Shown: positions 36,717 through 49,594 of the stretch, one piece after another
Position numbering within the stretch: position 1 is the stretch's first letter
Layout: every line of letters begins with the position of its first letter
Assembly (NCBI GenBank): GCA_965112155.1
Contig: OZ218098.1
Direction: 5' to 3' (one strand)
Source of the DNA: Podarcis liolepis
Taxonomy: Eukaryota
Length of the DNA stretch: 64,000 bases
The notes under the pieces: model-generated
Databases searched by the model: none
What the model saw: only the letters and a program-made list of their open reading frames with translations
What the model was told of the DNA's origin: nothing
Position numbers and translations under genes: made by a program

Positions 36717-38587
36717 TTGCTGCTTGATCCTTTTAGTGGAAGATAACAGGGATTGAACCTGGAACCTTCTGCATGCAATGCATGTGTTCCCCTTTGTGTC
36801 CCTCCAATTTGTTGTTTCAATTTAGGACGGTTTGTGGCTGTGTAAGACAGAAGCTGTGTTATGCTGTACTGAATTTTTATTTGTGGTTTCATGCTGTGAC
36901 CTTAATTGTTTAAATTGTAACCCTTTTTTTTATAAGCGACCTTGAGCTATGGAAGGGCAGCATAGAACCATTTAAAAACCATTCAGACAGTCTCTCCCTT
37001 ACTAACAATTCAATGTTATGTGGTCCCTTGCAGAGTTGTCATAAGGATTACCGAGACGATTTAAGCAGAGCATTTTGCGTGCATACCTGGCTAGTGTGTC
37101 TGGTCAGGGGCAGAGCCCATGTTTGTATGCCAAAGGTCTCAGTTTCAATCCCAGGTGTTACCAGTCAGGGCTTTGAAATGCTCCTGTCTCCTGTCTGAAA
37201 TGCTGGCTCATCCCCTTCTGCAGAATGACAATTGTGTTGTAGCTGATGGGATGATGCTGAATGCAATTAAGATTCGAAAGCACATGAGATATGCCAAGTG
37301 TCAAACGGATACTTAACATGTTATTTCCCATCAGTGTCATTTTTAAAAGCGGCCTAAAACAGGACACTGCAAAGTGAGCTTGTTTATCTTTTCAGATGGC
37401 CTGGTGTCCAGTTCTGGAATATTCCAGACCAGCCAGGCATTTCATGAGGCAATGCTGTTTCTGAAGATAGTTCCACACGGCCAGTGGTGCATGCTAATTC
37501 CCCTCTCTCTTTCCCACCCACCCACCCCTGCCTTGCCGCCAGTCCAGCTATGCACACTCTGGCCTTTTGTTACCTGCTTCAGAAAGCAGTGAAACAGGAT
37601 TGCTCAATTAACATATATGTACTTTGGCAAGGCACCAAGCTGAACCACTGGCTGCACCCTACCCTTCCTTCCCCTGAGCCAGATTGCTGCCCCCCCCGCT
37701 CCCTCTCTGACATACCATTCCTCCTCCCTATCTAGACTAATTTTCATCAGTCACTGCTCTGATGCTCTCCTGCTCTGACACGCTCAGAGTTTCAGTACAA
37801 TTCCTACGGCAGGTTGTGTCATGTCCCCTCATGCCGGCTGCTTTTCACGGACCCGGCGGACCCATCCAAATGCTTGGCCTGGAGCGAGGCTCCCCTTTTG
37901 CTCTTAGTAATTTAGGGCGTCTTTCTTTATTGCCAGGGAGTGGGGGGGGGGGGAGGCTAGATGCTGGGAGGAGCTGGCACTGGAGCTTTCTCTGCAGAGA
38001 GCCACTGAATGCAATTGTAGTAGAGGAGATGCCAGCATCCGGCATGTTGCAGCTTGAATACACAGCCCAGTGACTTACTCACTCTGGGATGTAGCTGTGC
38101 TATTTCTGGAATGTCAGATGAGTTAGTTTCTCTTGCGAGGCACAAAAAGGATTGTTAACCAGATTTGCAGCCAGCCAGCACTTCCTTACTCTTTTATTTG
38201 TGATGTCTATATAGCTGATTGTCTGACTTGCATCACCACAAGCCATTCCCTTTCAATTTGGCACAGTCCCTGCTCTGCAGCGGAAATGGGGGAATCTTCT
38301 TTTTAAAGCTCTCTTTTAGTCTTGTTCCTGAGGGCATGGCATATTCAGACCAGGGAAGGCTTCTGGGCTGGATCCAACACTTGAGGCAATTTTATTCGTG
38401 CCTCCCCTCCATAAAATATGAGTGGTCCTCTCATATTTTAATCAAGGTCTGGTTAAAAATCCCTCCTCAACTTCCCTTATCAAGGAAAAGAGAATCCCAC
38501 CAACTCTCCAGGCTTTTGGAAACAGGCATTCTTCACACTTTAAGAAGGCCACATTGTTCTTTTTCTATGTAACATGCATGTCATATA

Positions 38588-39266
38588 CAGTGGTACCCCG
38601 CAAGACGAACGCCTCGCAAGACAGAAAACCCGCTAGACGAAAGGGTTTTCCGTTTTGGAGACGCTTCGCAAAACGAATTTCCCTATGGGCTTCCTTCGCA
38701 AGACGAAAGCCCATAGGGAAATCTCCAGGACAGGGCGTCTTGCCCACTGTCCTCGGACCTCCTCCCGCCGCCAGGCTTCGGAAGGCTGCTCCGAAGCCTG
38801 GCGGGGGGCGGAGAGGTTTTTTAAAAACCCCGGGACAGCGGAGGACTTCTCCCCGGACCCCTTTTGAAGCAAGGGGCGGCAAAGGGGAGAAGCGATCTTC
38901 TTCCCTCCGCCCCTTGCTTCAAAAGAGGGGAAGGCTGGCGGGGGGCGAAAATCTTTGTCCCCCCTGGCTGCCTTCCCGGGAGGGCTTTTAAATCGCCCCG
39001 GACAGCGGAGAAGTCCTCCGCTGTCAGGGGCGATTTTAAAATGCTGCCGTGGGGGGGGGGGAGCAAAGACTTTCGCCCCCCCCCCAGCCTTCAGAAGAGG
39101 TCGGGGGACAGATTGTCCCCGGACCTGGTCTGAAGTCGGTTTCCATAGGAACGCATTAATTGATTTTCAATGCATTCCTATGGGAAACCGTGCATCGCAA
39201 GACGAAAAACTCGCAAGAAGAAAAAACTTGCGGAACGAATTAATTTCGTCTTGCGAGGCACCACTG
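38588..39266. mobile_element. Young CpG-rich Tc1/mariner (Tigger-like) non-autonomous element
   Basis: 22-bp TIRs CAGTGGTACCCCGCAAGACGAA / TTCGTCTTGCGAGGCACCACTG (2 mismatches), TA on both sides. Confidence 0.93.
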
Positions 39267-39828
39267 TATACATATGGATTTTCATCTCTCCAGAGGGGTA
39301 GCCATGTTCGCCTCTTACAGCAAAAACAACGGAGTCGTCTAGCACCTTAAAGACTAACACAGTTATTAATATGCTGTGTTTGGATGCATATGCTTCATGA
39401 CTAGAAAACCCTGTCATGGGAAATTTGTCATGAAAGCCATTTCACACTTCTTATTCCCAGGTCTCTGTCTGAGGGCAGAGGAGCCTCCAGAACTGAAGAG
39501 GTGGACCAGCTCAAGATTGTTTAATGCTAATTAGTTGTTTCGCATGACAATTCAGAGCCAAATGCTCTTCTTGGGAAATGTTTAGCCCCAAGTTTTTGGG
39601 AGGAGAGGGCACAGTATGCTAGATGATACCATCTAAATGTTAGTGCTTTGGGGGCCTCTGGAGCTCCTGCAGTTGCTTGCTACAGTGGCTTTGATGGGGT
39701 TTATTTCAGAATTTTGTAGCAATATATGACCATTCTGTCTTGAAGGACTTGCTTGATCCTTGCCTCTTTTTGTGCTGTTGCAGGACCGTAGCTGCCAGCT
39801 GTTTGTGTGTGCTTGTGGCTGCCATACT

Positions 39829-39997
39829 CAGTGGCGTAGCGTGGGTTGTCAGCACCCGGGGCAAGGCAAGTAATTTTCGCCCCCTAACCCGTGGATTTGC
39901 GCCCCCTAACCCGTGGATTTTCGCCCCCTAACCCTAACCCCCAGATGTTGCGCCCGGTGCGGCCGGCCCCCCCTGCACCCCCCATGCTACGCCACTG
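39829..39997. mobile_element. 169-bp hAT MITE with internal CCCTAA-containing repeats
   Basis: TIR CAGTGGCGTAGC(G/A)TGGG; perfect 8-bp TSD GCCATACT at 39821-39828 and 39998-40005. Confidence 0.95.
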
Positions 39998-40132
39998 GCC
40001 ATACTTCTCATCACCACCCTCACCAAAATCCTGTAAGAGTACAAGGAGGAAGCGTTGCCTTTGCTCTGGCTTCAGAAAGGTGTTTTGTAGCCAGTTGAAG
40101 TGAGGGAAATGATTCTTGCCCTCACTCTGAGG

Positions 40133-40291
40133 CAGGAGTGCCAACTTGGCCCCGTGGCTGTGGGTGCCCAGGGCCGTGGGTGCCATGCAGTGCGTGTGGC
40201 CCTGGCACTGAAATTTGTGGGTGCCCTGCCCATTAATGGGGGATTTTGTGGGTAATCAGGCACCCAGGGTCCCAGAGAGTTGGCACGTATG
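40133..40291. mobile_element. 159-bp hAT MITE
   Basis: Ends CAGGAGTGCCAACT / AGTTGGCACGTATG; perfect 8-bp TSD CTCTGAGG at 40125-40132 and 40292-40299. Confidence 0.88.
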
Positions 40292-40421
40292 CTCTGAGGG
40301 GCTTGGGTGTGGAGGGAGGGATGCTAGCTACTTTCTGCTACCTGCTAGAAGGAGAGGTGTTGCTACTACCAGGGGCAAGTTTGCTCACTTCCCTCCATGG
40401 AAAAAAAGCTGCACTGACTCC

Positions 40422-40755
40422 TATAACCTCCAACATTTCTTCAACGAAAATAGGGATGTCCCATTCCATAATAATAATGTTATTATTTATACCCCACACA
40501 CCTTACTGGGTTGCCCCAGCCTCTCTGGGCAGCTTCCAAAATATATAAAAAACATAATAACACATTAAACATTAAAAAACCCTTCCCTTTACAGGAATGC
40601 CTTCAGATGGCTTGGGGGTTGGATAACTCCATACCCTCCAATATTTATCCAATGAAAATAGGGACATCCTAAGGAAAAGCGGGACATTCAAGAAACCGGG
40701 ATGGCTTCTCTAAATCAGGGACATCCCTAGAAAATAGGGACACTTGGAGGGTCTG
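40422..40755 (-). mobile_element. Composite 6-bp-TSD DNA transposon, long form
   Basis: Reverse complement of 13102-13443; perfect 6-bp TSD GACTCC at 40416-40421 and 40756-40761. Confidence 0.88.
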
Positions 40756-41253
40756 GACTCCCCCAACTGCATCCTGTAAATCGGTTGCTCAAAATGCCAT
40801 TTTGGCTAATCCCTAAACCGAACCCTCTGGTTGACTGACAGTCAGGGGCTAGTTGTAAAATGGTGAATTTCCTCATGTTTTCCATAGAGTCATGTGGCTG
40901 AAGTATGGATTCTTATCTGTGTAGTGACTACAAGAGCCATCCCAGCAGAGTCAACCCAAGGCAGTTTGCCGCCCGAGGCGAAGCAGGTAATAGCACTGCA
41001 CACGTGTGCACACTCATCAGGGTGATAATATCAAACACCAACCAAGTTATTTTGGCACTTAAGGCAGAAAATCCCACAAATGCTTCTACCTGGCAGTAAA
41101 AATGCAACAATGATAAATTATAAATAGTCATTGCTACTGCCCTTTTATGACACCCCACATCAAGATGCCTGAGGAAGGCAGCTCACTCTGCCCTAATGAC
41201 AAGGTGGGCTCTGCAAACCAGATGTGATGCTTATCAGGGGCTATCAGTCACAT

Positions 41254-41763
41254 AAATTTGTTCCCTGTTCCTCCAGAGGGCAGGCAGGACTAGAACCAAA
41301 GGGCAGAAACTGCAGGGAAGCAGATTTTGGCTACAGTAGGAGATGTGTCCTAACAGTAAGGGCTGTATTGTCACTGAATCAGGCTGCCTCGGGAGGTGGT
41401 GGGCTGTCCTTCGCTGGAGGTGTTGAAACAGGGACTGGATAGTCAGAGATGCTAAAGTTGCAAAATTCCTGCACTGGGCAAGGGGTTGCACTGATGACAT
41501 CTAAAGTCCTTTCTGACTCTGAAGTTTTAGGGTGGAATCCAACATAACACAACACAAACATTTTATCGGTGCAAGTATTTTTGCTTGTGTAACAGAATGG
41601 CCTTCCCCTACACTCCCCAAAACTGTTCTAGGAGTTCTCCCATTTGAAGATTTGGGGAAGGGAAGGTAAAGGGTGTGCAGGAAGTGGGGAAAGCCCAGTT
41701 GCACAAATGGACAGTCTTGTGCTGGCAGGATGCATTGGTTGAATACCACCCTATGATTCTATG
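41254..41763 (+). mobile_element. Old CR1 3' end with its tail split by a MITE
   Basis: Degraded match to 30070-30360 (ctaacagtaagggctgt, gaggtggtgggctgtccttcgctggaggtgttgaa, ttcctgca..ggggttg); tail resumes as TATGATTCTATG at 41752. Confidence 0.75.
41530..41751. mobile_element. Harbinger-like MITE inserted in the CR1 tail
   Basis: TIRs GGGTGGAATCCAAC / GTTGAATACCACCC, flanked by TA. Confidence 0.7.
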
Positions 41764-42037
41764 GGAATGATACCAAAAGTGGCATCTCCAGCATGAGAAC
41801 TTCACTCCCACATGGGTTGCTGCCGCAGATTGTTCCCACCATGTGGAGGATCTGCAAACCACTGCTCCATTTTCATGGTGGCCATGGGCAGAGATGTGAA
41901 GAATGGGACTCAACCTGCTGTAGACCATATAATCAGTAAGCACATGAAATATTACAACTTGGAGGTTGCGAAAATGTCAAGGCCTGCCACTTTCAGAGGT
42001 GTCTTCTCAACAAGCATGAATTACTTTCCAAGTCTGA

Positions 42038-42297
42038 GTTGTTGTTGTTGTTGTTGTTTAGTTGTGTCCAACTCTTCGTGACCCCATGGACCAGAGCATG
42101 CCAGGCACTCCTGCCTTCCACTGACTTCCGCAGTTTGGTCAAACTCATGCTGGTAGCTTCAAGAACACTGTCCAACCATCTCGTCCTCTGTCGTCCCCTT
42201 CTCCTTGTGCCCTCAATCTTACCCAATATCAGGGTCTTTTCCAGGGAGTCTTCTCTTCTCATGAGTTGCCCAAAATATTGGAGCCCCAGCTTCAGTA
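42038..42297 (-). mobile_element. BovB/RTE LINE 3' fragment
   Basis: Minus-strand peptide LKLGLQYFGQLMRREDSLEKTLILGKIEGTRRRGRQRTRWLD..AW...VHGVTKS and a (CAA)n tail, the BovB-type C-terminus. Confidence 0.93.
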
Positions 42298-43454
42298 CCA
42301 AACTGATATACCAGATTAGTTAGGGCAGAAGCTCGAATGTTGCCATTAGCTTTTTTCATCAATTTGTGGCTGCCTCCTTCCCTCCCTCAGAAAATAAAAT
42401 TTCTAATTCTGTGAATTCTTTCCCCATGAGCAGCTTTCTGTTTCTGTTGTTCATGTAAGTCCATTTTACATTAGCTTCCCCCTTTGCTGTGTTTTCACAG
42501 ATTTCCCTCCACATCTCCTCTTTTTATTATCACGCATCCATTACACAGAGAGTCAAGGTATGCTTTAGCAGGTCTTAATGCTTAATTTAGAAGGTGGTTA
42601 GAAGACACTGACTTTTTTTAAAGATAGATGCTTAAAACAATAAAACCCCCAAAAATAAAAACAAAGATCCCGTCTCTCTGCCTTTTTTTATATGTCTATT
42701 GTAAATTAATGCCTTCTCCACATTATTAAGAAGTCTCTCTTTGTGCATTTTAATTTTGCTACCATCTTCCGTCAAGCTTCAAGACTGTGCTGATGGTGTG
42801 GTATTTTGAGTAGATTTTCTGTGCTCTCCTGTATGGTCAGAGAGATACAGTTTGCATCTCATCAGGTTTTGTCTGACACCTGAGTGAGTGGTCAGTGAGA
42901 GAGGGCCAACGAGGAACACAAGCCAATGTCCTAACATCTTAAGATTCCTGCTTAACAAGCACATTTACTCAGTACAACCATTTGTGCTGTATCAGTCATC
43001 TTATCAGACTTGGCCTGCCTTTGCCACCTGCAATCAGAGATATCAGTTGGGTCATAAACCAGTTTGTTTTAAGTGCCTCCACCCGAAAAGGAGGAGAGCG
43101 AGTTTCAAAGTGAATTTATCATTTTTGAATTGTCATAAAAGGGGGGGATAAAACACAGACCGCCTCTCCTTTATGATTTCATGATTGCACACGTTTCCTG
43201 TCGAAAAGTGGCGGCACTCTGTCAGTACTGTAAACAGAAGGCGCGAAGCCAGATCTGGGCACGTGTCAGCAATCTCTGCTTCTTCTTTGCACATTCTTTC
43301 CTCAAGGCGTTTCACTCTTCCTCCTATTGTCCCCTTTTACCCAGGACAGTCCCTGCTTTCTGCTACCTGGCCAGGAGAGCTATGCTCTTCTACTTCTGCT
43401 GTCAGAGTACCACTTGCTGTGAATCACAAGTTTTGGGATGGGGGGTTACAGCTG

Positions 43455-43570
43455 TACTCAGGTCTTGCTTGTGGACTTCCCATTGGGATCTTGTGGACCA
43501 CTAGGAGAGCAGGATGCTGGACTGTAGATGTGCTTTTGGTCTGATACAGCCAGGCGCTTCTTAGCTCTTA
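43455..43570 (+). mobile_element. Old CR1-like 3' UTR remnant
   Basis: caggatgctggactgtagatgtgcttttggtctgatacagc...ttcttagctctta resembles CR1/LF-SINE-type tails. Confidence 0.55.
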
Positions 43571-44032
43571 CTTATCCCAGGCACTTAACACTCCAGGGTT
43601 GAAGAGGCCTTTGGCAAAGTTCTGTCTGCCCCCACCTGAATCACTCTACCCTACTCTCATGTGGCAGCAGCTACAGTAGGCCAGAGAGTCTTTGTTTTAC
43701 ATTTCCATAATGCCCTGGAATGAATATTTGTGACCCTCTCAACCCAACAGCATGGTTATATACTTTCCATCTCATTGAGAAATTCAATTTTATTTAGTAA
43801 CCATCAGTTCTTGCTTCTGGAAAGTTCTGGTTATTTACTGCCCGAACATTTCAAACTCAAATACCACTTTTTACACTGGCTCCCAATAACTATGCAAAGG
43901 ATTGTAGTCTTGGCCTTCAAAAAGTGAGCTTATAGAGACAGCCAAACATTATTCTGTCTTTTAGCATATATAATTCTCAATTCCAAAAGATGCACCAACT
44001 GCAAGATGAAAGGTTTTTGGCTGTTGCCCAAA

Positions 44033-44468
44033 TGGCTGCATTTGGACTTCACAATGAACTATGGTTTATCATGACAGGAATGGGTCTAAATGAGCCTTTC
44101 TTGGGCTAATGCATTTCCTGCCCCCGCTCCCCGCCAATCTCTCCTCCTCTGGCATGGCCACAAGGAAGAGGAATTTTTCCTTTTATTTTTTGATTAAATG
44201 CTTGTCACTTCATCTGATTCTTACAAAGAAATTTTAATATGGTTTGTTTTGAAACAAGTCAACTTCAACATGTAAGTTGTGAATCTGGCTTGTTTCAACA
44301 AACCATAGTTAAGATTAACCACAGTTTAATGTTCAGATTTAATGCTAGCCTGCAATTAATTAAATCAGAAGCAAAAAAATGTGTCAGAGGATTGGGCAGG
44401 TAGGCAGTATGTAAACTGAAGGGTCTCACAAACTCATTCCCCTAATCATAAACTTCTGAAGAGAGGCT
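44033..44468. mobile_element. Old fold-back DNA element
   Basis: Central inverted arms TATGGTTTGTTTTGAAACAAGTCA (~44238-44261) and TGGCTTGTTTCAACAAACCATA (~44285-44306), with weaker outer symmetry. Confidence 0.5.
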
Positions 44469-46865
44469 TTGTTTAGTTGCACAGCAAAAAGTTTTCATTA
44501 TTAGAGGCACAAGGAAACATGCAGGTTTGTGCAAAAAATAAATTAATTTCAGAATAGGAAACTTGATAGCAACTGTCACTCTCCCTGCCTGCTATGCTGA
44601 GTAATGCCATTATTTAAAGCAGTTATTTCAACCACCTTGCTATAAATCAATCTACCCTTTTTCACATCCTCTATTTGAGGCAGCAGACACTGCTGTGTGA
44701 AAGATGAGAGAACAAGAGTTGGGTTGTTATTCTTAATCATTGCTGTAGTTATCCAATGCCCTGTACACAAATGACTTTCAATATGAGATAAATTTAGATC
44801 TTTGTATACTAACATGAGATTATTTCCCCCCTAAAAATAATAAAATAAATCTGTAATCCACAGTACATTTATGAAGTCATTTTTTTTCACTCACAGACTC
44901 CTTTTTAAAGGGAATGAAAGACAAAAATATTAGGCTTTAAGGCTTTTATCTCCTTCCACTGTGCCATAAAGAAGGTGGTTAGCTGGAGGCTTAGCTTACT
45001 CTAGGTCTGTCAACTCCCCAGCCTTGCCCTGCCCTTTTACAAACAGGACAAACATGTTATGATGACATTATAGATTCAAAACCAGGAGGAGGATGGGAAG
45101 AAAGGGAGGAGTGGTGGTGGTGGAGAAGGAGGAGAGAGAGAGAGAGATCCTTGCACAGAAAAGGTGAATGCAGGGGCAATCTATACCCAGAGCAAAAATA
45201 TGCATCCTTGCAAATTAATAAAGGAAGATTTTCCCCACCCCAGGATCTGGGAAAGTAAACAGCTGCCTCCATGAACCAGCTTTGCTCTCTTCAAACGGAG
45301 CACAATTTTTGGATTTTGGCAGCCAGAAGGCTCGTTTATTAACAGTCACCGGTATACCCAGATCGCCTTCTGAAATCTCATTGCCCCTGGCTATGTTTCT
45401 TGCATACTACAATTTGAATGATCCTGGCTGGATTTTTTTTTTTTTTTTTAGAAAAACTAAGGTTTAAGGGGATTTGTGGTCTCAGGTTTGAGGTCACTGA
45501 AATCCTCACGATGGTGCCAGGTTTCATACTATCAGCCTACAAATGCCATGGGAGGAGATGGGATGCCAGCTAGCTTCATTTGCCCTGCGCTTTGTCTCAG
45601 AGGGCATTACGAAACTCAGGGCCAAATGGGAGGTGGCGTGAGAGACCCATGACCAGGGTCACCTATTTGTTCATTTGTAGGACAGTTAACAAGCAGTTGT
45701 GGGGGCTTCAAATCTGATCAGAGAACTTCGGGAGTGGGTTTAATTCTTCCTCTGCCCCATATTTTCTGATTGAAAATCCCTTCAAGCTTCTATTTGTCCC
45801 CTGAGGTAAAATATTCCGGTACCATAAAGATTCTTGTGTCTTTCCTGCTACAAAGCAAATAACAATTTTTTTTGGGGGGGGGGAAGGTTATTATGGAGAG
45901 GGAGGGGTATATTTCCCCTTTCCAATGTCATTGCCAACCATCCTTTGGCTGCTACTTTAAAACAGAAACAGATGGGAAACAAAAAGACATAAACAAACCT
46001 AACAATTTCTACCATCAAATGCCAGCTTTCAAAAATGTTAGCTGTAACTACAGCTGGTGTACGATCAGTAGAACTGTGGTTTTGTTTTGTTTTTAATGCT
46101 AGGATCAGAGAGTAACTCCAGAACTGACATTTATCTGTTCACCAGCTTTTTTAATAGAGTCCTATATAGATTCAGCATTACGGATACATTATGGAGACTG
46201 TCTGAGCAAAAGACAAGATGGTACTGCCTCCACTTTTATTCCACATATAGAAGCTTACTAGAACTGCAGCTGGATCTTCTTTAAACACCCTTCACCGCAC
46301 TTCATTAGCTAAGAGGCCAAGGCAGAATGCACAGGAGTGCACTCAGTTTTCTGTCCTCCAGCCTTGTCCTTCTCCATGACCATGTCTTATTCTCCCCAGC
46401 TTCATTCATCCCTCTAGCTCCCCTAACCATTGTTAAGGGCTCCTTCTCTTCCTTCCTTCCTTCCACCTCCTCTGTTATCATTCTACACCTTTCCCCTCAG
46501 GCCCTTAGACTCATCTGTCAACATTCCACGTCCAGTCAAGTGACCAACAGCCTTCCAGGTGTAGTCATTAAAATTGCCTTCCCTCCAGAAAAATGCTAGT
46601 GAAATTGTAGTCTTTATGATGAAGAGATTGGAGGTGGCACCAGGTCTTTGGGTACTGGCAGTGCCAGAGGAGGGGGAAGTCACCACCATCACGCCCAGAT
46701 TTCCATCTCTGATTATTACTTAAAGGACAGGCATCACATACAAATTATGACTGAATCATAAGCAGAAAATTAAAATAAGATTGCAATGTTAAGCATGGTT
46801 CACTTGAAAGTTAACTCCATCAAAAGCAGTGGGCCTTAAGCAAATAATTGTGTTTAGGATTTGCT

Positions 46866-47051
46866 ACTTACTTATTTTATTTATATTGTGCCTTTTTGTC
46901 CAAGGAGCACAAGGAGGCATACATGGTTCTCCCTCTCCCCATTTTATCCTCACAACAACCCTGTGAGGTAGGTTAGGCTGAGAGACACTGACAGGCCCAA
47001 GTCACCCAGGTCTTAGCCCAACACTTTAACCACTACACCAAACTGGCTCTC
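46866..47051 (-). mobile_element. MIR/CORE-like squamate SINE (Squam3-like)
   Basis: Reverse complement GAGAGCCAGTTTGGTGTAGTGGTTAAAG (A box) ... CAGCCTAACCTACCTCACAGGGTTGTTGTGAGGATAAAATGG and an A-rich tail. Confidence 0.8.
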
Positions 47052-47216
47052 AAGACAACATGGAGATATATATATATAGAGAGAGAGTCCTCTCTGCACC
47101 CTTTCCTCAATATATCTTCTGGTGCCAGCTTTGTCCTCCGTCCTAGTAAAAAGTGATGTTTGGACAAGCATGTTGCAGTGGAAAGATTCAAATCCTTCTC
47201 TGTCCCAAACAAGTTA

Positions 47217-47580
47217 AAAAGGTAAAGGTAAAGGAACCCTGAGTTAAGTCCAGTTGCGAACAACTCTGGGGTTGCAAGCTCATCTCGCTCTAAAGGCCGA
47301 GGGAGCCGGCATTTGTCCGCAGACAACTTCCGGGTCATGTGGCCAGCATGACTAAGCCACTTCTGGAGAACCAGAGCAGTGCACGGAAACGCCGGTTACC
47401 TTCCCGCCGGAGCGGTACCTGTTTATCTACTTGCACTTTGACATACTTTCGAACTGCTAGGTTGGCAGGAGAAGGGACTGAGCAATGGAAGCTCACCCCA
47501 TCATGGGGATTCAAACCACCGACCTTCCAATCGGCAAGCCCAAGGCTCAGTGGTTTAGACCACAGCACCACCCGCGTCCC
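47217..47580 (-). mobile_element. Sauria SINE, full length, longer subfamily
   Basis: (ACCTTT)n tail, head GGGACGCGGGTGG; TSD CCCAAACAAGTTA / CCCAAACAGGTTA (12 of 13). Confidence 0.93.
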
Positions 47581-47884
47581 CCCAAACAGGTTACTATGCA
47601 GCTAATATTACCAATCATGTTTTGTGGGACTATCTCAATCATTGGCCTTTATGTCAGGCAGAAACCTTCTTGTAAACTTGATCTACATTCATTGTCCTGT
47701 TGTGCCAGCCATGTGAGAGAAAGGCAGACACTGAAGGGCCACATTCACGGCCAGGTGGGAGAACTGAGTGCCTGGGAGGAAGGAGGAACTTGGAAAGCTG
47801 ACGGCTTCTTTTGCTATCTCCAAGCGGAAGTTGTGAGAGCAAGTTGATACCTTTGAAGGATTTAGAAGTTTGGAAAGTGTTACT

Positions 47885-47886
<2 letters not shown>

Positions 47887-47936
<50 letters not shown>
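47887..47936. repeat. (CA)n microsatellite
   Basis: Perfect dinucleotide run. Confidence 0.97.
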
Positions 47937-47940
<4 letters not shown>

Positions 47941-49594
47941 CATGCTACAAGTGGCATGGAACCCCCTTTAATGTTTATCTTTATCTCTCCATTCAGCAAT
48001 GTATCAAATTAATGGCAGGCATCATACAATAAAGTCTATTTGAGGTATTTCCTGCAATCCCTTGTTATGAAAGACAGGAAATGGTTACCTACGCTAGTCC
48101 CTTTTCTTGTAAAACAGCACAGAGTAAGCTTCTGAGAGTTTGTGGTTTGAGTAACATAAAGGTATGCCCTGTGGGCAGTTGGTGCTGCTGACATTAGGCA
48201 GAAGACAAAGGCTACACATGCCAGCATCCCCTGCCAATCAAACTCTCCAAGTTCCTCAGATTCAGCTTTCTCCTTGGATGAATAAACCATACGTCTGCCA
48301 CTTTTAAAGAAGAAGCTTCTCTGGGTAATCCTCAGCCATATATTCCACATCTAGTTCCCTGATGCTGCTATTGGTGGTCCCTGCTTGGTCCCTGCTAAGG
48401 GGCTTCAGCCGTTCTTTCAAGCTCAGCTACTGATTTGCACAAAAGCCAACACAAGGAAAATGAGGTTAAATGGTTTCCCCCTACTCTGAGAGGAAACCAC
48501 TTTATAAGGTAGCAGTTAAAGAGATGGCCACGTATTTTATTTCTTTGCATTATTTTTATACCAGTCATATCCCCAGGGTATGACAAGGTATGACAGGGTA
48601 TTACAAGACTAATAAAACAATGGGGGAAATGCAAATAAAATCAAAGTAAGCTAAAAACCACAAAATGATAAAAGTGAAATGAAACAGAAGGATTAGAATC
48701 ACACCTGAAATGTTCAGAGATTGCTGTTGTTGTTAAAGGGTATTTCCTTGGAGATGCTCTACCACTGAGATATGCCCCATCCCCAGTGTAATTTCTAAAA
48801 CAAAGTTTCATATACTAGTAAAATTATCTGATCCAGCTCAAGAATAGGGAAAATGGGACATAATTAATGGGAAATTTCTCCAGCCCCCCTGAAATGAATG
48901 GACAAGTACACCACTGTTGATGATACACATGATGTTCTCACAGTCAAACAGCTGTGTTTGGAAATACAAATCAGTACCTGGAACAGTTACAGTGCATGCC
49001 TATATGTGTTTACTCAAGAGGTAAGCCTCATTGAAATCAATGGAACTTACTCTAAGGATTGCAGCCCTAGTGAGAAAAACAGTTACTGCATCTGTGAAGG
49101 AGGTACAGCTGGGGGGTATGAATTAATGTTCCTAGCATTAATTAAGTAGTGTTAATTGAGTAACAAATATACTTTGGCTGTAGTCCATAGCCTCAGCTAA
49201 TCAATTTACTTGATCTCACACTGCATTTGTGGACTGTGCTTTATTCTCTCAAAGCCTCGGCACTGAAGATGTGAAAAGAAGAAGGAGAAAAGGAAAGAAG
49301 TTGGGGAAGGTGATAGAGAACCTCAGTTCTGTAACTCGCTTCCAGTTCTATCTGTGCTTGGGCTATGTTAGGCTAATATCTCAGGCTATGTTGTGAGAGT
49401 GGGGGTCTGGGAGCGCACATATGGTTGGTGCTGCAGGCTACATTTGCTGGTTTGGGGCAGAAAAGGGGAAAAGGAAAGAGGAAAGTTACAGTTAGAAAAT
49501 GGTTTAGAAGCCCTCAGCACTATCAGGGCTGGCTCCACATTTGAGAGGGCCTTCCAGGCAGAGGTGGGCAGCACTCTGAACATCACCATGCTCC

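Noticed and set aside
38422-38991. 189-aa ORF and overlapping ORFs
   Set aside because: They lie within a GC-rich palindromic MITE, have no transposase motifs, and are open only because of base composition
39873-39941. Short direct repeats as a possible CRISPR array or true telomere
   Set aside because: No unique spacers, a eukaryotic context, and at most two tandem CCCTAA hexamers inside a TSD-flanked MITE
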